From positions 1 to 23,254 of the IMG/VR virus record IMGVR_UViG_2651869755_000006: DNA of 23,254 bases, one strand, 5' to 3'. Of this stretch, positions 1 through 9,149 are shown piece by piece (the stretch's first letter is position 1; every line of letters starts with the position of its first letter). The notes under the pieces were generated by a model, which saw nothing but the letters and a program-made list of their open reading frames with translations, did not search any database and was not told the origin of the DNA. Both the position numbers and the translations under genes were made by a program. Source of the DNA: a virus. Its lineage: Duplodnaviria; Heunggongvirae; Uroviricota; Caudoviricetes.

Positions 1-26
1 AGAATCGCTGATTCTGTCTGTGTCAT
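1..26 (-). CDS. Tail assembly protein K-like, first ~8 codons only (rest lies beyond the window start)
   Basis: ATG at 26..24 on the minus strand, 8 nt upstream of the gpL-like stop; reads MTQTESAI..., as I recall for lambda K. Position after L matches lambda order V-G-T-H-M-L-K. Confidence 0.35.
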
Positions 27-31
27 GGGAT

Positions 32-730
32 TTACTGCGAAAGTTTGTTAATGGAAAGGAAGCCGCCAAAGTTGCCGACGTTATTGCGGAACTCACAACC
101 GCTCAGGCATTTGCTGCATTTATCCTTCGTGATATCGGACGTTGGCTGGTCATATTCATCCGCGACCGCCGGACCGTGATAACCGCACTCATCGCCGCGA
201 TAGGTCCAGGTGCAGGTGTTGGCCAGCATGATACGTCCCGGAAAAACAGCGCCGTCCGTTTCCGTCGGCGTGGACAGTACAAAAGAGGCACTGACCGCGC
301 TCAGTTCGCTGCACTGCTCAATGCGCCAGCGGCTGATCACCTCCTGCTCCGGATCGGCGTCACTGTTTCCGTTGACGAAGTTCACCGCATCCAGAAAACG
401 GGCGTAAACCTTACGCCGGACCACCGTTCCGCCGACCAGACTCTGCAGATCTTCCGCCATCCCGGTGACCATACCGTACAGGTTAGAAACCGTCAGCGTG
501 GGGCGCGTACTGGTGCCTTTGCCATTCAGTTCGAAACCACTCCCCTGAATGGGATATGCCTGATACTGTCGCCCCTGCCAGGTGACCGGCTCACCTTTTT
601 CGTTCTGCTCATTACAGAAAAAATAACGTTCTCCACCAACCTCTGTCAGATCGATTTCCCAGAGCACCACGCTGGCAGACTGCTCCGCACGGGTGCATTC
701 ATTCAGTGTTTCCTGTCGGATATCCTGCAT
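32..730 (-). CDS. L: Minor tail protein L (lambda gpL-like), 232 aa
   Basis: ORF translation MQDIRQETLNECTRAEQSASVVLWEIDLTEVGGERYFF... is near-identical to lambda gpL as I recall it; same length; overlaps the upstream M-like stop (TGATG). Confidence 0.9.
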   Translation of the reverse strand: MQDIRQETLNECTRAEQSASVVLWEIDLTEVGGERYFFCNEQNEKGEPVTWQGRQYQAYPIQGSGFELNGKGTSTRPTLTVSNLYGMVTGMAEDLQSLVGGTVVRRKVYARFLDAVNFVNGNSDADPEQEVISRWRIEQCSELSAVSASFVLSTPTETDGAVFPGRIMLANTCTWTYRGDECGYHGPAVADEYDQPTSDITKDKCSKCLSGCEFRNNVGNFGGFLSINKLSQ

Positions 731-1071
731 CAGTTCACCACCTGCTCAATCGTACAGCTGAAATCACTGTACCGGGCGTTATCCGTGACGCTCCACTCCC
801 GACACACCACCCTCACCGTCCGGTTATGTTTCGGCGGTCGCCACAAAAAGGCACGGTAACCACCATGCCAGGATAAAAATTCATCCAGCCAGCGCCGGGT
901 TGACTCATCCGTCACCCGGAACACCGCCTGAAACGTCTTCAGTTGAGGATTCAGTCCTGTGGGGCGGCGCTGTTCATAACCGTCACCAAACCGAACCCTC
1001 ACCACCGACGGTTTCTCACTCACCTGCATCCCTTCACGCGGGACCAGATGCAGCGTTTTTATCTCAGCCAC
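730..1071 (-). CDS. M: Minor tail protein M (lambda gpM-like), 113 aa
   Basis: 113-aa ORF between tape measure and L, overlapping both neighbours; size and position match lambda M. Confidence 0.8.
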   Translation of the reverse strand: MAEIKTLHLVPREGMQVSEKPSVVRVRFGDGYEQRRPTGLNPQLKTFQAVFRVTDESTRRWLDEFLSWHGGYRAFLWRPPKHNRTVRVVCREWSVTDNARYSDFSCTIEQVVN

Positions 1072-4000
1072 TCAGCATTCCTCCGTCACGTCGCATGGAC
1101 AGCATCACCGCCTGCACCCGCTGGTCAATCAGCTGCACAAGACTGCCTGCCGCCTCCGGCCCTATCTGTCCGTTAGCCCCGTCATTCTGAATGGCGATGT
1201 GGTAGACCGGGGAATACACCAGACCGGCGCTGCCGTTCATACTGCCCACCGCGCGTACGCCCAGCGAGCCATCCGCCGCCCGGGTCAGGGGCATAATGGC
1301 TTCAGGTCCGGCTTCCCCCATCAGCCCGGCCCCTTTTGCAAACGCAAAGTACGTGGGCGTGTCCACAATGCTGTTGCTGTACGCACTCAGATTTGCCGAT
1401 GTGTAAACACCACCTTTTGCGTTTGCCACTGCCCCCGAAATCCATCCGCCGACCGTACCAAGCCACCCTCCGGCACCGGAGAGTGATTTCAGTCCGTTAA
1501 CAATGGCTGCATTCATCAGAATTTTTGAAACTTCCCGGAGAACTGAACTCCCCCAGTTCCTCCAGTCCACAACATTCCCGGCCAGTGCATCGGAAATATT
1601 TGATACCAGCCCGTCCATCGTGGAAACGACAGCATCTGCCGCCTGCGAAGCATAATCGGTGGCACTGTCTGCCCAGTTCGTCAGCCCCTCTTTGAGCCCG
1701 GCATTCCAGTTACTGCGTAAAGCATCAGCCTTTGCATAATAATCCTGCTGATCGCTGAGACGCTCTTCCAGATATTTTTTATTCAGCTCTTTCTCCTGTT
1801 TCCACAGGGCTTCTTCAATTTCTCCGGCCTGATACTGTCTCAGTAGCTCGTTATTTTTCTGCTCAAACTCCTGCCGGATGCTCCACATTTCCTGAAGTCG
1901 TTCACGCATCCGTGAGCCTTCACCATATCCCAGTAACTGAGCCTCATTTGATGCTCTGACACTGGCATTACTGTCCGCCAGACTGCTCTCATACGCAGCA
2001 AGCTGCTCACGAATCTTTTTCTGGTCGATAAGTGCTGCATTCTGCAAAAGCGTTTTTTTCTGCGCTTCTGACAGGGTTGATAATTCGCCCTGACTGACCT
2101 GATATTTCATCTTAGCCAGTTCAGTATTCTGCCCTGCCAGTGCTATCTGTTCTTTTTGCTGTTTAATCAGCCGTTTATAAATATCCTCTGTTTTTTCCGC
2201 TTCGGTCTTTTTATGCGCTTTGGGTTTATTTGCCTGGTTATTTCGCCATGCATCCAGTGAGTTATTTATATAATTCAGTCTTGCTGTCTGATACGCCTCT
2301 CCCACAAAGCCGAGATCATCCGCAGCATAACCCAGGCGGGCACGCTCACGAGCTTCCCCCTTCAGGCGGGACAGAGCCAGTTCGCGCTCGCTGTTATTCA
2401 GTGCGGTCTGCTGTTTATCATCCAGGGTTGCCTGTGGTAGCCGTAACGGTACATTCACCAGCCCCTGTCGCTGCTGAAGTAATTCATTACCGAGCCCGAG
2501 AAGGCGATTAAACTCGGTATGCTGCCCATTCATGATCAACAGGGACTGATACGCTTTGTTTTGTTCCGCTGCCTGTTGACGGATCAACGCCACCCGTCGC
2601 TCCTCCAGCCCGGCAAGCACATCCTGAATGGATTGCGCTTTGCCCTGCATTTGAGTGAGGCGAGACTGTTCAACTGCCAGTTGATTTGTTGCTTCTGCAA
2701 GCCCTTCTGTGACAGTTTTTACCGACGTCATGTGGTTAATCATAAAACCGTTATCGGTTGTCCAGCCCGGGTTTGCCAGCACATACTGATAGCCAGCAAT
2801 TTTTTCCTGTAAGGATTTAATCTTACTTTTCTGCTCGTCAATTAACCTGTTTTGCTCCTTCAGTGCCTGTCGCGTCTTTTCCTCATTATCTGACGCTTCA
2901 GGAAGCGACATTGCCGACGTTTTCTGGCGAATTTCGTCGATTGTTGCGGCATACTGGCGTGCAGATTCTCTGGCCTGCTCCTGATTCTGATACATCGTGT
3001 ACCAGGCCGCAGCCCCCAGCATGACGAGTCCCGGCACACCACCAACCAGCCCCAGCGCGCCACTTAATAAACGACTCCCCACTGACGTAACATTATTCAG
3101 CGTTGTCTGTGCCGCTGTTCTGGCCGCAATATTACGGGTAAGTGACACCTGGGCAGCTGTCAGCTTCGCTTCTGCTGCGGCCTGCCTTTCGGTACCGCGA
3201 GCAGCAACAACCGCCTGTTGCGCACGATAAACCGCCGCACGCGCCCTGGCGGTTGCTATCTGTGTCCCCCGAAGTTGCACTTCAGCAAGAGCCACTTCGT
3301 TTCTGGCTGCAGTAATTAATCCGGCAGTTGCAGATCCAGCAGACGACGCCATATTGCCAAAATATCGGGCTACCCCGACGGCAACCAGAGCACCGGCAGC
3401 GGTTGCCACGGTGTCAATATTGCCTGCAATACCATTCAGCACACCGGAGAGCGTCTTCGTCACTCCGCTTGCCTCGTTCGCACCACCAACCCAGGCCATA
3501 AAGGCGTTTTCAACTTTGGTTGCAGAGGATGAAACCGTATCAGGCATTGCCGCATATTCATCACGTAATGCCCCAAGCTGACTAATCAGTGCAGGAACAA
3601 CCTTATCGGCGGTCAACTTTCCGTTATCCGCCATGGCCTTCAGATCCTTACGGGCAACTCCCATTCCCGCAGCCAGAGCACGAATAACACGATCGCCGTT
3701 CTCATTCACCGAGTTAAACTCTTCACCGCGCAGCACTCCCTGCGCCAGAGCCTGACTGAACTGCGTGATCACCGAACTGGCTTCTGCTGTACTGGCACCG
3801 GATAATTTCAGGCCCGTGGAGATCGCCTCGGTGACTTTCAGTACCTCCTCAGAACTGTAACCATACTCCCGCATGGAAGCTGCAGAGCGGGCAAAAAGGC
3901 TGGCGTTATCAGAAAAAGCCGTCCCCGTTCTCTGGCTGATCGCCATTAATTCACGCTGTGATGACTGAAAATCATCACTGGACTGTGAGGCCTGCTTCAG

Positions 4001-4297
4001 ACGGGCATTTACTGAATTCCACTCATCGGCGAGAGAAATAAGATGACCGGTAGCAAAAGCCCCGGCAAATGCCCCCGCCATGTTCAGTGCCGAAGATTTA
4101 GCTGTATTTATCTGATCCGTCACTTCTGCCAGTGCACGCCGCATTTCACGGGATGCAGCAGCGGACTGTCGGCCTCCGTTCTGCATGGTACGGTAGTAAT
4201 CCTGCCCCATACGCGAAGCCCGGGAGATCTCTGACTGGAATGACCGGGAATTTGCCGAGATTTTAATAATCAGTTCACGTAATGTCGCCACACTCAT
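1064..4297 (-). CDS. Tail tape measure protein, 1077 aa
   Basis: Largest ORF, directly downstream of the G/GT chaperone pair; Ala/Gln/Glu-rich with long predicted helical/coiled-coil stretches and a Gly-rich hydrophobic segment typical of tape measure proteins; GGAG Shine-Dalgarno before the ATG. Confidence 0.9.
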   Translation of the reverse strand: MSVATLRELIIKISANSRSFQSEISRASRMGQDYYRTMQNGGRQSAAASREMRRALAEVTDQINTAKSSALNMAGAFAGAFATGHLISLADEWNSVNARLKQASQSSDDFQSSQRELMAISQRTGTAFSDNASLFARSAASMREYGYSSEEVLKVTEAISTGLKLSGASTAEASSVITQFSQALAQGVLRGEEFNSVNENGDRVIRALAAGMGVARKDLKAMADNGKLTADKVVPALISQLGALRDEYAAMPDTVSSSATKVENAFMAWVGGANEASGVTKTLSGVLNGIAGNIDTVATAAGALVAVGVARYFGNMASSAGSATAGLITAARNEVALAEVQLRGTQIATARARAAVYRAQQAVVAARGTERQAAAEAKLTAAQVSLTRNIAARTAAQTTLNNVTSVGSRLLSGALGLVGGVPGLVMLGAAAWYTMYQNQEQARESARQYAATIDEIRQKTSAMSLPEASDNEEKTRQALKEQNRLIDEQKSKIKSLQEKIAGYQYVLANPGWTTDNGFMINHMTSVKTVTEGLAEATNQLAVEQSRLTQMQGKAQSIQDVLAGLEERRVALIRQQAAEQNKAYQSLLIMNGQHTEFNRLLGLGNELLQQRQGLVNVPLRLPQATLDDKQQTALNNSERELALSRLKGEARERARLGYAADDLGFVGEAYQTARLNYINNSLDAWRNNQANKPKAHKKTEAEKTEDIYKRLIKQQKEQIALAGQNTELAKMKYQVSQGELSTLSEAQKKTLLQNAALIDQKKIREQLAAYESSLADSNASVRASNEAQLLGYGEGSRMRERLQEMWSIRQEFEQKNNELLRQYQAGEIEEALWKQEKELNKKYLEERLSDQQDYYAKADALRSNWNAGLKEGLTNWADSATDYASQAADAVVSTMDGLVSNISDALAGNVVDWRNWGSSVLREVSKILMNAAIVNGLKSLSGAGGWLGTVGGWISGAVANAKGGVYTSANLSAYSNSIVDTPTYFAFAKGAGLMGEAGPEAIMPLTRAADGSLGVRAVGSMNGSAGLVYSPVYHIAIQNDGANGQIGPEAAGSLVQLIDQRVQAVMLSMRRDGGMLSG

Positions 4298-4307
4298 TCT
4301 CCGGACG

Positions 4308-4329
4308 AAAAAAAACCGCCGAAGCGGTT
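4308..4329 (-). terminator. Intrinsic terminator-like hairpin between chaperone T segment and tape measure gene
   Basis: Minus-strand RNA reads AACCGC-UUCG-GCGGUU (6-bp stem, UUCG loop) followed by 8 U; sits in the 40-nt gap between the T stop and the tape measure start. Confidence 0.5.
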
Positions 4330-4337
4330 ATGTTGAC

Positions 4338-5026
4338 TCACTGAGACACTATTAAAAGCGCGTTTTCCAGTCCGGCAAATGGATCTGAGACGCCTTCTGT
4401 CTGCTCCTGCTCCCACTGAAGAAGCGCATCATTCAGTGGCACTTTGACCCCCTGCGCACCGTAAACAGCTGAAACAATCTGGGCAGCCCGGATATCAGCC
4501 CGCTCGTCACCCAGCGGGCTGAACCTGTCAAATTCTGCCCACATCATGATTTCTGATGCGGACATTTCCCGGCGTAACTCTGACAATGTGCGCCCCATCC
4601 TGAGCGCCAGCATCATCAGAAAACGCATCCCCGGAAGCGCTACTTTTTTTTAACCTCGCCGGCATCACTGATCAGTTCCAGAGACTGCCGAAGAAGCCGC
4701 GCATGCACCGGGCCATACACGGCAATCACCTGTTCACGATCATCCTCTGAAAATACGGGTTGCAGTCCGGTATCACACAGAACATCAATGAACAGTTCAA
4801 CATCTGCCTCCAGATTTCGGCGGGCGCGCTCCGCAACGGATAACGGTGTCTCATCATCTTTTGCTTTAACGATCTCCTGCCAGCGCAACCAGGCTTCTGC
4901 AGAAGGTTCCCGTAACACAACCGTTGCTCCCTCCCATTCAGGCACATCAACGGTTTTATGGCGAAACCCCGACATCGTTGCCAGTGCCAGATTACGGATA
5001 TTTTTAGTCATCACATCCATCCTCAT
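4338..5026 (-). CDS. Tail assembly chaperone G-T fusion, made by programmed -1 frameshift (T segment 4338..4628 is in the -1 frame of G)
   Basis: ORF 4338..4628 has no Shine-Dalgarno, starts 12 nt after the G stop, and is exactly in the -1 frame relative to G; heptamer A AAA AAG lies 3 nt before the G stop. Confidence 0.65.
4640..5026 (-). CDS. G: Tail assembly chaperone (lambda gpG-like), 128 aa; start may be the downstream ATG at 5011
   Basis: Sits between major tail and tape measure genes; contains ATVVLREPSAEAWLRWQE, resembling the VTVTLSELSALQRIEHL region I recall in lambda G; ends ...EVKKK-stop on an A-run slippery site. Confidence 0.75.
   Translation of the reverse strand: MRMDVMTKNIRNLALATMSGFRHKTVDVPEWEGATVVLREPSAEAWLRWQEIVKAKDDETPLSVAERARRNLEADVELFIDVLCDTGLQPVFSEDDREQVIAVYGPVHARLLRQSLELISDAGEVKKK
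4643..4649 (-). other. Programmed -1 ribosomal frameshift slippery heptamer A AAA AAG
   Basis: Minus-strand mRNA reads GTT AAA AAA AAG TAG in the G frame; X XXY YYZ heptamer of the same type as in E. coli dnaX; shifting to -1 reads AAA AAA GTA GCG CTT CCG GGG ATG... into the T ORF. Confidence 0.6.
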
Positions 5027-5730
5027 TAACTGACGGTTACAGTGCAGGAAGTAGAGGTCACTTTGTTAACCGGGCTTGCTGAATCAGAAATCTCGCAGGT
5101 ATATGCACCCGCATCACCGGATACTGCCGATGCCTTACTGAACGTTGCCGCCGTCTGTCCGGAAACAGGAGAACCACCTTTCTTCCAGACATAAGAATAA
5201 GGCGGCATACCACCCGCAGCCTCAACCGCCATTTCAAGTTTCGCTCCGGAAGCAACCCGCAGCGTGCTTTTTAAATTGGCCTTCACTTTCAGCGGCTCTG
5301 TCGTCAGCACAGGTTTACCTTTCAGACGCAGGGAAAACGTTGCAGCCACAACACCATTGGTTCCTGCAGACCAGGTATGCTGACGCACCTCTGCCATAAA
5401 GGTAAATCCGTTGCCTGACGGAAAAATAACTTTAAAGCCATACGTGGTGTCATTGTCATAGGCACTGCGCAACGCGTTCTGGGCAGCATTCAGATAAAAG
5501 TTGCCTGACATGGAAATCTCTGAAGCAGCCCCAAGGCCGTTAATATTTTCCTGCTCAACAGAACACAGCGTGGTGACATCAATATCCTGCTTTTGTCCTG
5601 CGGTAAACTGCACCTCTTTGATTGTACAGCTCAGGCCAAGATAGCTGGCAGAATCCAGGGTTTCTGCTGTTACCGGTGCAGACGAAATCATAATTTTCGT
5701 CAGTTGCGAACGCTCAAAATTAGAGGACAT
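5026..5730 (-). CDS. Major tail protein with C-terminal Ig-like domain (lambda gpV-like architecture), ~234 aa from the ATG at 5730
   Basis: Located between tail completion genes and G; C-terminal region ...PPYSYVWKKGG...AGAYTCEIS...TVTVS looks like an Ig-like domain. AGGAG Shine-Dalgarno 7 nt before the ATG at 5730; the ORF-track extension to 5781 is encoded by the terminator hairpin. Confidence 0.8.
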   Translation of the reverse strand: MSSNFERSQLTKIMISSAPVTAETLDSASYLGLSCTIKEVQFTAGQKQDIDVTTLCSVEQENINGLGAASEISMSGNFYLNAAQNALRSAYDNDTTYGFKVIFPSGNGFTFMAEVRQHTWSAGTNGVVAATFSLRLKGKPVLTTEPLKVKANLKSTLRVASGAKLEMAVEAAGGMPPYSYVWKKGGSPVSGQTAATFSKASAVSGDAGAYTCEISDSASPVNKVTSTSCTVTVS

Positions 5731-5747
5731 ACTCGTCTCCTGAAAAT

Positions 5748-5770
5748 AAAAAAACCCGCCAGCGGCGGGT
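5748..5770 (-). terminator. Intrinsic terminator-like hairpin just upstream of the major tail gene
   Basis: Minus-strand RNA: CCCGCC-GCU-GGCGGG stem-loop followed by UUUUUUU, immediately before the Shine-Dalgarno of the major tail gene. Confidence 0.5.
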
Positions 5771-5789
5771 GGGTAAATCATTAACGACC

Positions 5790-6134
5790 TCAGGCTATTA
5801 CCTGAAATTCAAGCGTGGCTCTGCTCAGACGGGAGTCAGGATCATACCCCTGCGTTTTAGAAATAACGGAGGGTGCCAGTTTTCTTACCGCATCAAGCGC
5901 CTGCTCACGAATATTATCTGCGTCATCAGGTACTGTCGCCCAGACATCGATCTGCACGGTAATTCTGGATTCAGCCTGCCCATCAAGCACATCAGATGCC
6001 GTGTCAGACACCACAGAAAACACCAGCCACGGCGGAGATACCGCAGGCTTTCCCTCCGTCAGCGGGACCACATAAGGATAAACCTGTCCTCCGGCCAGCT
6101 GAGACAACAGGGAATACAGTGTGCCCTCCCTCAT
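5790..6134 (-). CDS. Tail completion / tail-to-head joining protein (DUF3168-like), 114 aa
   Basis: Small ORF immediately upstream of the major tail gene in the standard siphovirus order; family name from memory. Confidence 0.6.
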   Translation of the reverse strand: MREGTLYSLLSQLAGGQVYPYVVPLTEGKPAVSPPWLVFSVVSDTASDVLDGQAESRITVQIDVWATVPDDADNIREQALDAVRKLAPSVISKTQGYDPDSRLSRATLEFQVIA

Positions 6135-6580
6135 TTACTTAAGACCTCATCAATAGCCTGATTCATTCGCTGTATGGCAACCTGCGCCGCCAGCTCCTCT
6201 GTCGTATCGAAAGCCGGACGAATGAATGGATGCGCGGGCATGTTTATCGTTCCCAGCTCCACAAAGCGCCAGTAAAATGCATTTCGGGGATCGCTGGCTT
6301 TCATGCTGTTATCACTGTTTCCGGTTCGCAGGTTCCGTCCGCGAATGTGGACACCCGAGATAATTTCCCCCCGACGCTTTGAACGCTGAGTGAGAACAAC
6401 CACATTTTTCTTCAGTTTCCCGGTTCGCTCCGGCGCACGTTCAACAACTGCATCCCGCATAACTTCAGCACCGGCACGGGTGGCATCGCGCAGAACCTTA
6501 TTGTTTTCTGCCCTGCTGAGCGCCTCCAAATCCCGTGCAATATCCGCCAGGCCGGAAAAATCAAGACTGAAATCCATCAC
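6131..6580 (-). CDS. HK97 gp10-like tail component, 149 aa
   Basis: Position between head closure and tail completion genes; 4-nt overlap with the downstream gene; sequence resembles the HK97 gp10 family from memory. Confidence 0.6.
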   Translation of the reverse strand: MMDFSLDFSGLADIARDLEALSRAENNKVLRDATRAGAEVMRDAVVERAPERTGKLKKNVVVLTQRSKRRGEIISGVHIRGRNLRTGNSDNSMKASDPRNAFYWRFVELGTINMPAHPFIRPAFDTTEELAAQVAIQRMNQAIDEVLSK

Positions 6581-6915
6581 ACATTTCCCTTCAGGCTGCA
6601 GAGCATTTCAAGCCGGGTAGCGCGTGCATCCGGTATTGGTGGACCTTCTATACCCAGAATCGCGCCTTTGAATGCACCGGTCAGCACTTTCAGACGTGAA
6701 GTCGCTGTCACATCGCGCCGGAATCTCATCCAGACTCTGACCGTAGCCTGAGCGGTTTCTGCTCCGCCTGAGATTATCTCCCTCCCGCTGATACCCTTAA
6801 CTTCTGCCCATACGGTAGCTCCCTCCGTCACCGTCTCCACCGGATGCCCTGACGGAGAGCGGGCGGTGGTGACATTCAGAATAATTACGCGATCACGTAA
6901 TCTGCCCGCCTGCAT
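6577..6915 (-). CDS. Head closure / head-tail adaptor protein, 112 aa
   Basis: Small ORF in the head-tail connector block, overlapping the downstream gene by 4 nt; order after the gp6-like gene. Confidence 0.6.
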   Translation of the reverse strand: MQAGRLRDRVIILNVTTARSPSGHPVETVTEGATVWAEVKGISGREIISGGAETAQATVRVWMRFRRDVTATSRLKVLTGAFKGAILGIEGPPIPDARATRLEMLCSLKGNV

Positions 6916-6923
6916 GTCTCCTC

Positions 6924-7241
6924 CTACAAAGGAATAAAACGATAAGGCTCCAGAAGAGAAGAAAAACCAAACGGGACTGGTGCCTTGCTGACATCTGAGG
7001 AATTTTCCCGGTTTTCGTACCAGTGCCCGACCAGCAACATGAGCGCCAGCAAAACATCATCAGCTATAAGCACCCCTTCAGGATCACCTTCCGGCACCGT
7101 CTCCTCATAAAGCTTACGGTTGATAAAATTTTCTGCCTTGCGGCAGGCAGCCCGGAAATACAGCATCAGTAACTCATCATCAGTTGCATCATCTGTATCA
7201 ATACGGCACTGCGCCCTGAGTTTTTCCACTATTGCTGCCAT
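6924..7241 (-). CDS. Head-tail connector (gp6-like DNA packaging) protein, ~105 aa from the ATG at 7241
   Basis: GGAG Shine-Dalgarno 8 nt upstream of the ATG at 7241; the ORF-track start at 7421 would overlap the capsid gene by 100 nt and span the terminator, so the internal start is preferred. Confidence 0.6.
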   Translation of the reverse strand: MAAIVEKLRAQCRIDTDDATDDELLMLYFRAACRKAENFINRKLYEETVPEGDPEGVLIADDVLLALMLLVGHWYENRENSSDVSKAPVPFGFSSLLEPYRFIPL

Positions 7242-7273
7242 CAGAAACTCCTGCCCGCAACACTGTGCGGGCA

Positions 7274-7296
7274 TAAAAAAACCGCGTCGGCGCGGT
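7274..7296 (-). terminator. Intrinsic terminator directly after the major capsid gene
   Basis: Minus-strand RNA: ACCGCG-CCGA-CGCGGU hairpin followed by UUUUUUU, about 20 nt after the capsid stop; a second hairpin (GCCCGCA..UGCGGGC, 7252..7271) follows. Confidence 0.6.
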
Positions 7297-7317
7297 CTGT
7301 AACTGAACAACGAGTGG

Positions 7318-8535
7318 TTATTTGCCAGTGAGCGCCTTGATGGCTGCCACATCTTCCAGCACACAGTCAAAACGATGGAAAGCCAGAAATGCCACCTGAT
7401 CAAACTCAGCATAACGCTCAACCAGACGTTTCAGTTCCATATAAGTAACGCGGCGAATGATAAAGCGGTTGAAATCCCCCAGGAAAATGAATTTTTTTCC
7501 GGTACCAATCCCGTCAATAGCCTGATCAATAACATAAGGGATCCCCAGCACAGTAGCCGGCGTACCGCCTGCAATATCCGGCAGCCATAACGGGCGTTTC
7601 TGTCCATCCTCCATCTCTTCAATAGTCTGCAATGTGGCATCATTGAATGCCCAGCGGTATTTCGGCCCACCACGATATGCCGGATCAATGGCATGTTTCA
7701 GGGCATTCATTTCTTTCCAGGTGAAAGCGGCAGAGGCTGCAGTCTGGATGGTTCCCGTCACCGACGCTGCCAGCCCTTTTGGCTGTAACGGTGATCCCGT
7801 TCCGGTCCCCTGAACCAGATATTTTGCCTCTCCACGACCAATACGCTGGGCAATACGGTTTGCCAGATAAGATTCAATATCCACCCCACTGTCCTGGAGC
7901 AGCTCATTGGACACACGAATTATTTTTGATGACAGCTTTTTAGCCCCCAGAATAGCGGTCCCGAACGTCACATCCTGTTCCGTTGCGGCTGTATTTTCCG
8001 CCAGCAGTTCGCCCTCTTCAGTCGTGCCATCAGACGTTGACCAGGTGATATCCTGCCCGGTTGATGTGGTCAGAAGTTGCGCCACACTGGCAATCCCGCC
8101 ATAAGCCTTCATGGTGTCAATGATTTTGTTACGCATCTGCGTGGGCACCGTATATCCGCCCTGAGAATCCGTTGTTACACTCTGAGCCCGCAGTTCACGC
8201 ATCAGATTACGCTCTTCAGCATTCAGTTCTGCAAATCCGGCACGCAGAAAACGGTTAAATGCCGCAGCGCGCTTCTCTTCCACCGCCTTTTTCCCGTTCT
8301 CCGCCTCATTATTCTGGCGCTCTTCCGGCCCGGACTCATCCACATATGCCTGATCCTGACGGCGCAACTCTTCTTCACGGGCGATTTGCTCATCCAGCGC
8401 ATCCAGCTCAGCTTTCGCCCTGTTCCACTCTGCCCGTTGCTCATCAGTCCATGCGTTATCACCAATTTTTTCATGCAGTGCACGCATATCCTTTGCAATG
8501 GTGTTTCGTTTTTGCTTCATCTCATGAAGTTTCAT
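7318..8535 (-). CDS. Major capsid protein, HK97 family, with N-terminal delta/scaffold-like domain, 405 aa
   Basis: About 100 aa of charged coiled-coil N-terminus followed by a capsid-like body; follows the prohead protease with no separate scaffold gene, the HK97 arrangement. Confidence 0.85.
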   Translation of the reverse strand: MKLHEMKQKRNTIAKDMRALHEKIGDNAWTDEQRAEWNRAKAELDALDEQIAREEELRRQDQAYVDESGPEERQNNEAENGKKAVEEKRAAAFNRFLRAGFAELNAEERNLMRELRAQSVTTDSQGGYTVPTQMRNKIIDTMKAYGGIASVAQLLTTSTGQDITWSTSDGTTEEGELLAENTAATEQDVTFGTAILGAKKLSSKIIRVSNELLQDSGVDIESYLANRIAQRIGRGEAKYLVQGTGTGSPLQPKGLAASVTGTIQTAASAAFTWKEMNALKHAIDPAYRGGPKYRWAFNDATLQTIEEMEDGQKRPLWLPDIAGGTPATVLGIPYVIDQAIDGIGTGKKFIFLGDFNRFIIRRVTYMELKRLVERYAEFDQVAFLAFHRFDCVLEDVAAIKALTGK

Positions 8536-8549
8536 CGTCAGTAGTATCC

Positions 8550-9149
8550 TTATGCATTAAGAAGGGTCAAAAGACGCTCACGCGCCATTCGTTCGTTAAC
8601 AGCTTTCTTCAGCGCACCACTCGCCCGCGCTTCCTGCCAGGCTTTCATTGAGCGGACACCAGAGTCTGCGTCCTGATAGGCCGGATATGTCACCGGGCTG
8701 ACGTCATACAGACGAGAAATGCGCGTGATTTCCCGGATAACAATCCCCTCGTCGTCTTCATACCAGCTCTCTCCGTCACGGGCGACACGAAACGCGAACG
8801 AGGACTGATTAATGTCACCACGCAACATTGGAGACAGCACCAGGTCACAAATAGTCGGAGTATCCGGTGCAACAATGTCATAACGTAAACCGCGTTCATC
8901 CACCGACAATGACAACGTGCCGGCAGAACTTCGTCCGAGAATGAAATTAGGATCATGATTAAACAAGCCACGTACATCATCATTCAGTACATCATCAAAA
9001 GCCCCCGGCTTGATGATTTCACGAAATCCCCACAGAGGTTCTGAACGACTGTTAAATACCGAGCCATACCCCAGAATGTGGGTCGGGGCATTATCATATT
9101 GTTCCGCCCGCACCTCCCCGCTGTAACAGCGCGTTTCACGGTCATTCAT
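8550..9149 (-). CDS. Prohead maturation protease, HK97 family, 199 aa
   Basis: Position between portal and capsid; overlaps the portal stop by 8 nt. Confidence 0.8.
   Translation of the reverse strand: MNDRETRCYSGEVRAEQYDNAPTHILGYGSVFNSRSEPLWGFREIIKPGAFDDVLNDDVRGLFNHDPNFILGRSSAGTLSLSVDERGLRYDIVAPDTPTICDLVLSPMLRGDINQSSFAFRVARDGESWYEDDEGIVIREITRISRLYDVSPVTYPAYQDADSGVRSMKAWQEARASGALKKAVNERMARERLLTLLNA

Noticed and set aside
20-859. 279-aa plus-strand ORF
   Set aside because: Lies antisense to the clearly recognisable L and M genes, has no Shine-Dalgarno context and an odd composition; treated as an antisense artefact.
1199-4234. Multiple 60-100 aa plus-strand ORFs and a minus-strand ORF inside the tape measure gene
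   Set aside because: All lie within or antisense to the 1077-aa tape measure ORF, are Arg/Pro/Cys-rich in the way typical of wrong-frame translation of GC-rich coding DNA, and lack start-site signals.
5731-5781. N-terminal extension of the major tail ORF (MIYPPAAGGFFYFQETS)
   Set aside because: These codons are the terminator hairpin and U-tract; a good Shine-Dalgarno precedes the internal ATG at 5730 instead.
7242-7421. N-terminal extension of the gp6-like ORF overlapping the capsid gene
   Set aside because: Would overlap the capsid gene by 100 nt and run through the post-capsid terminator; the internal ATG at 7241 has a GGAG Shine-Dalgarno.
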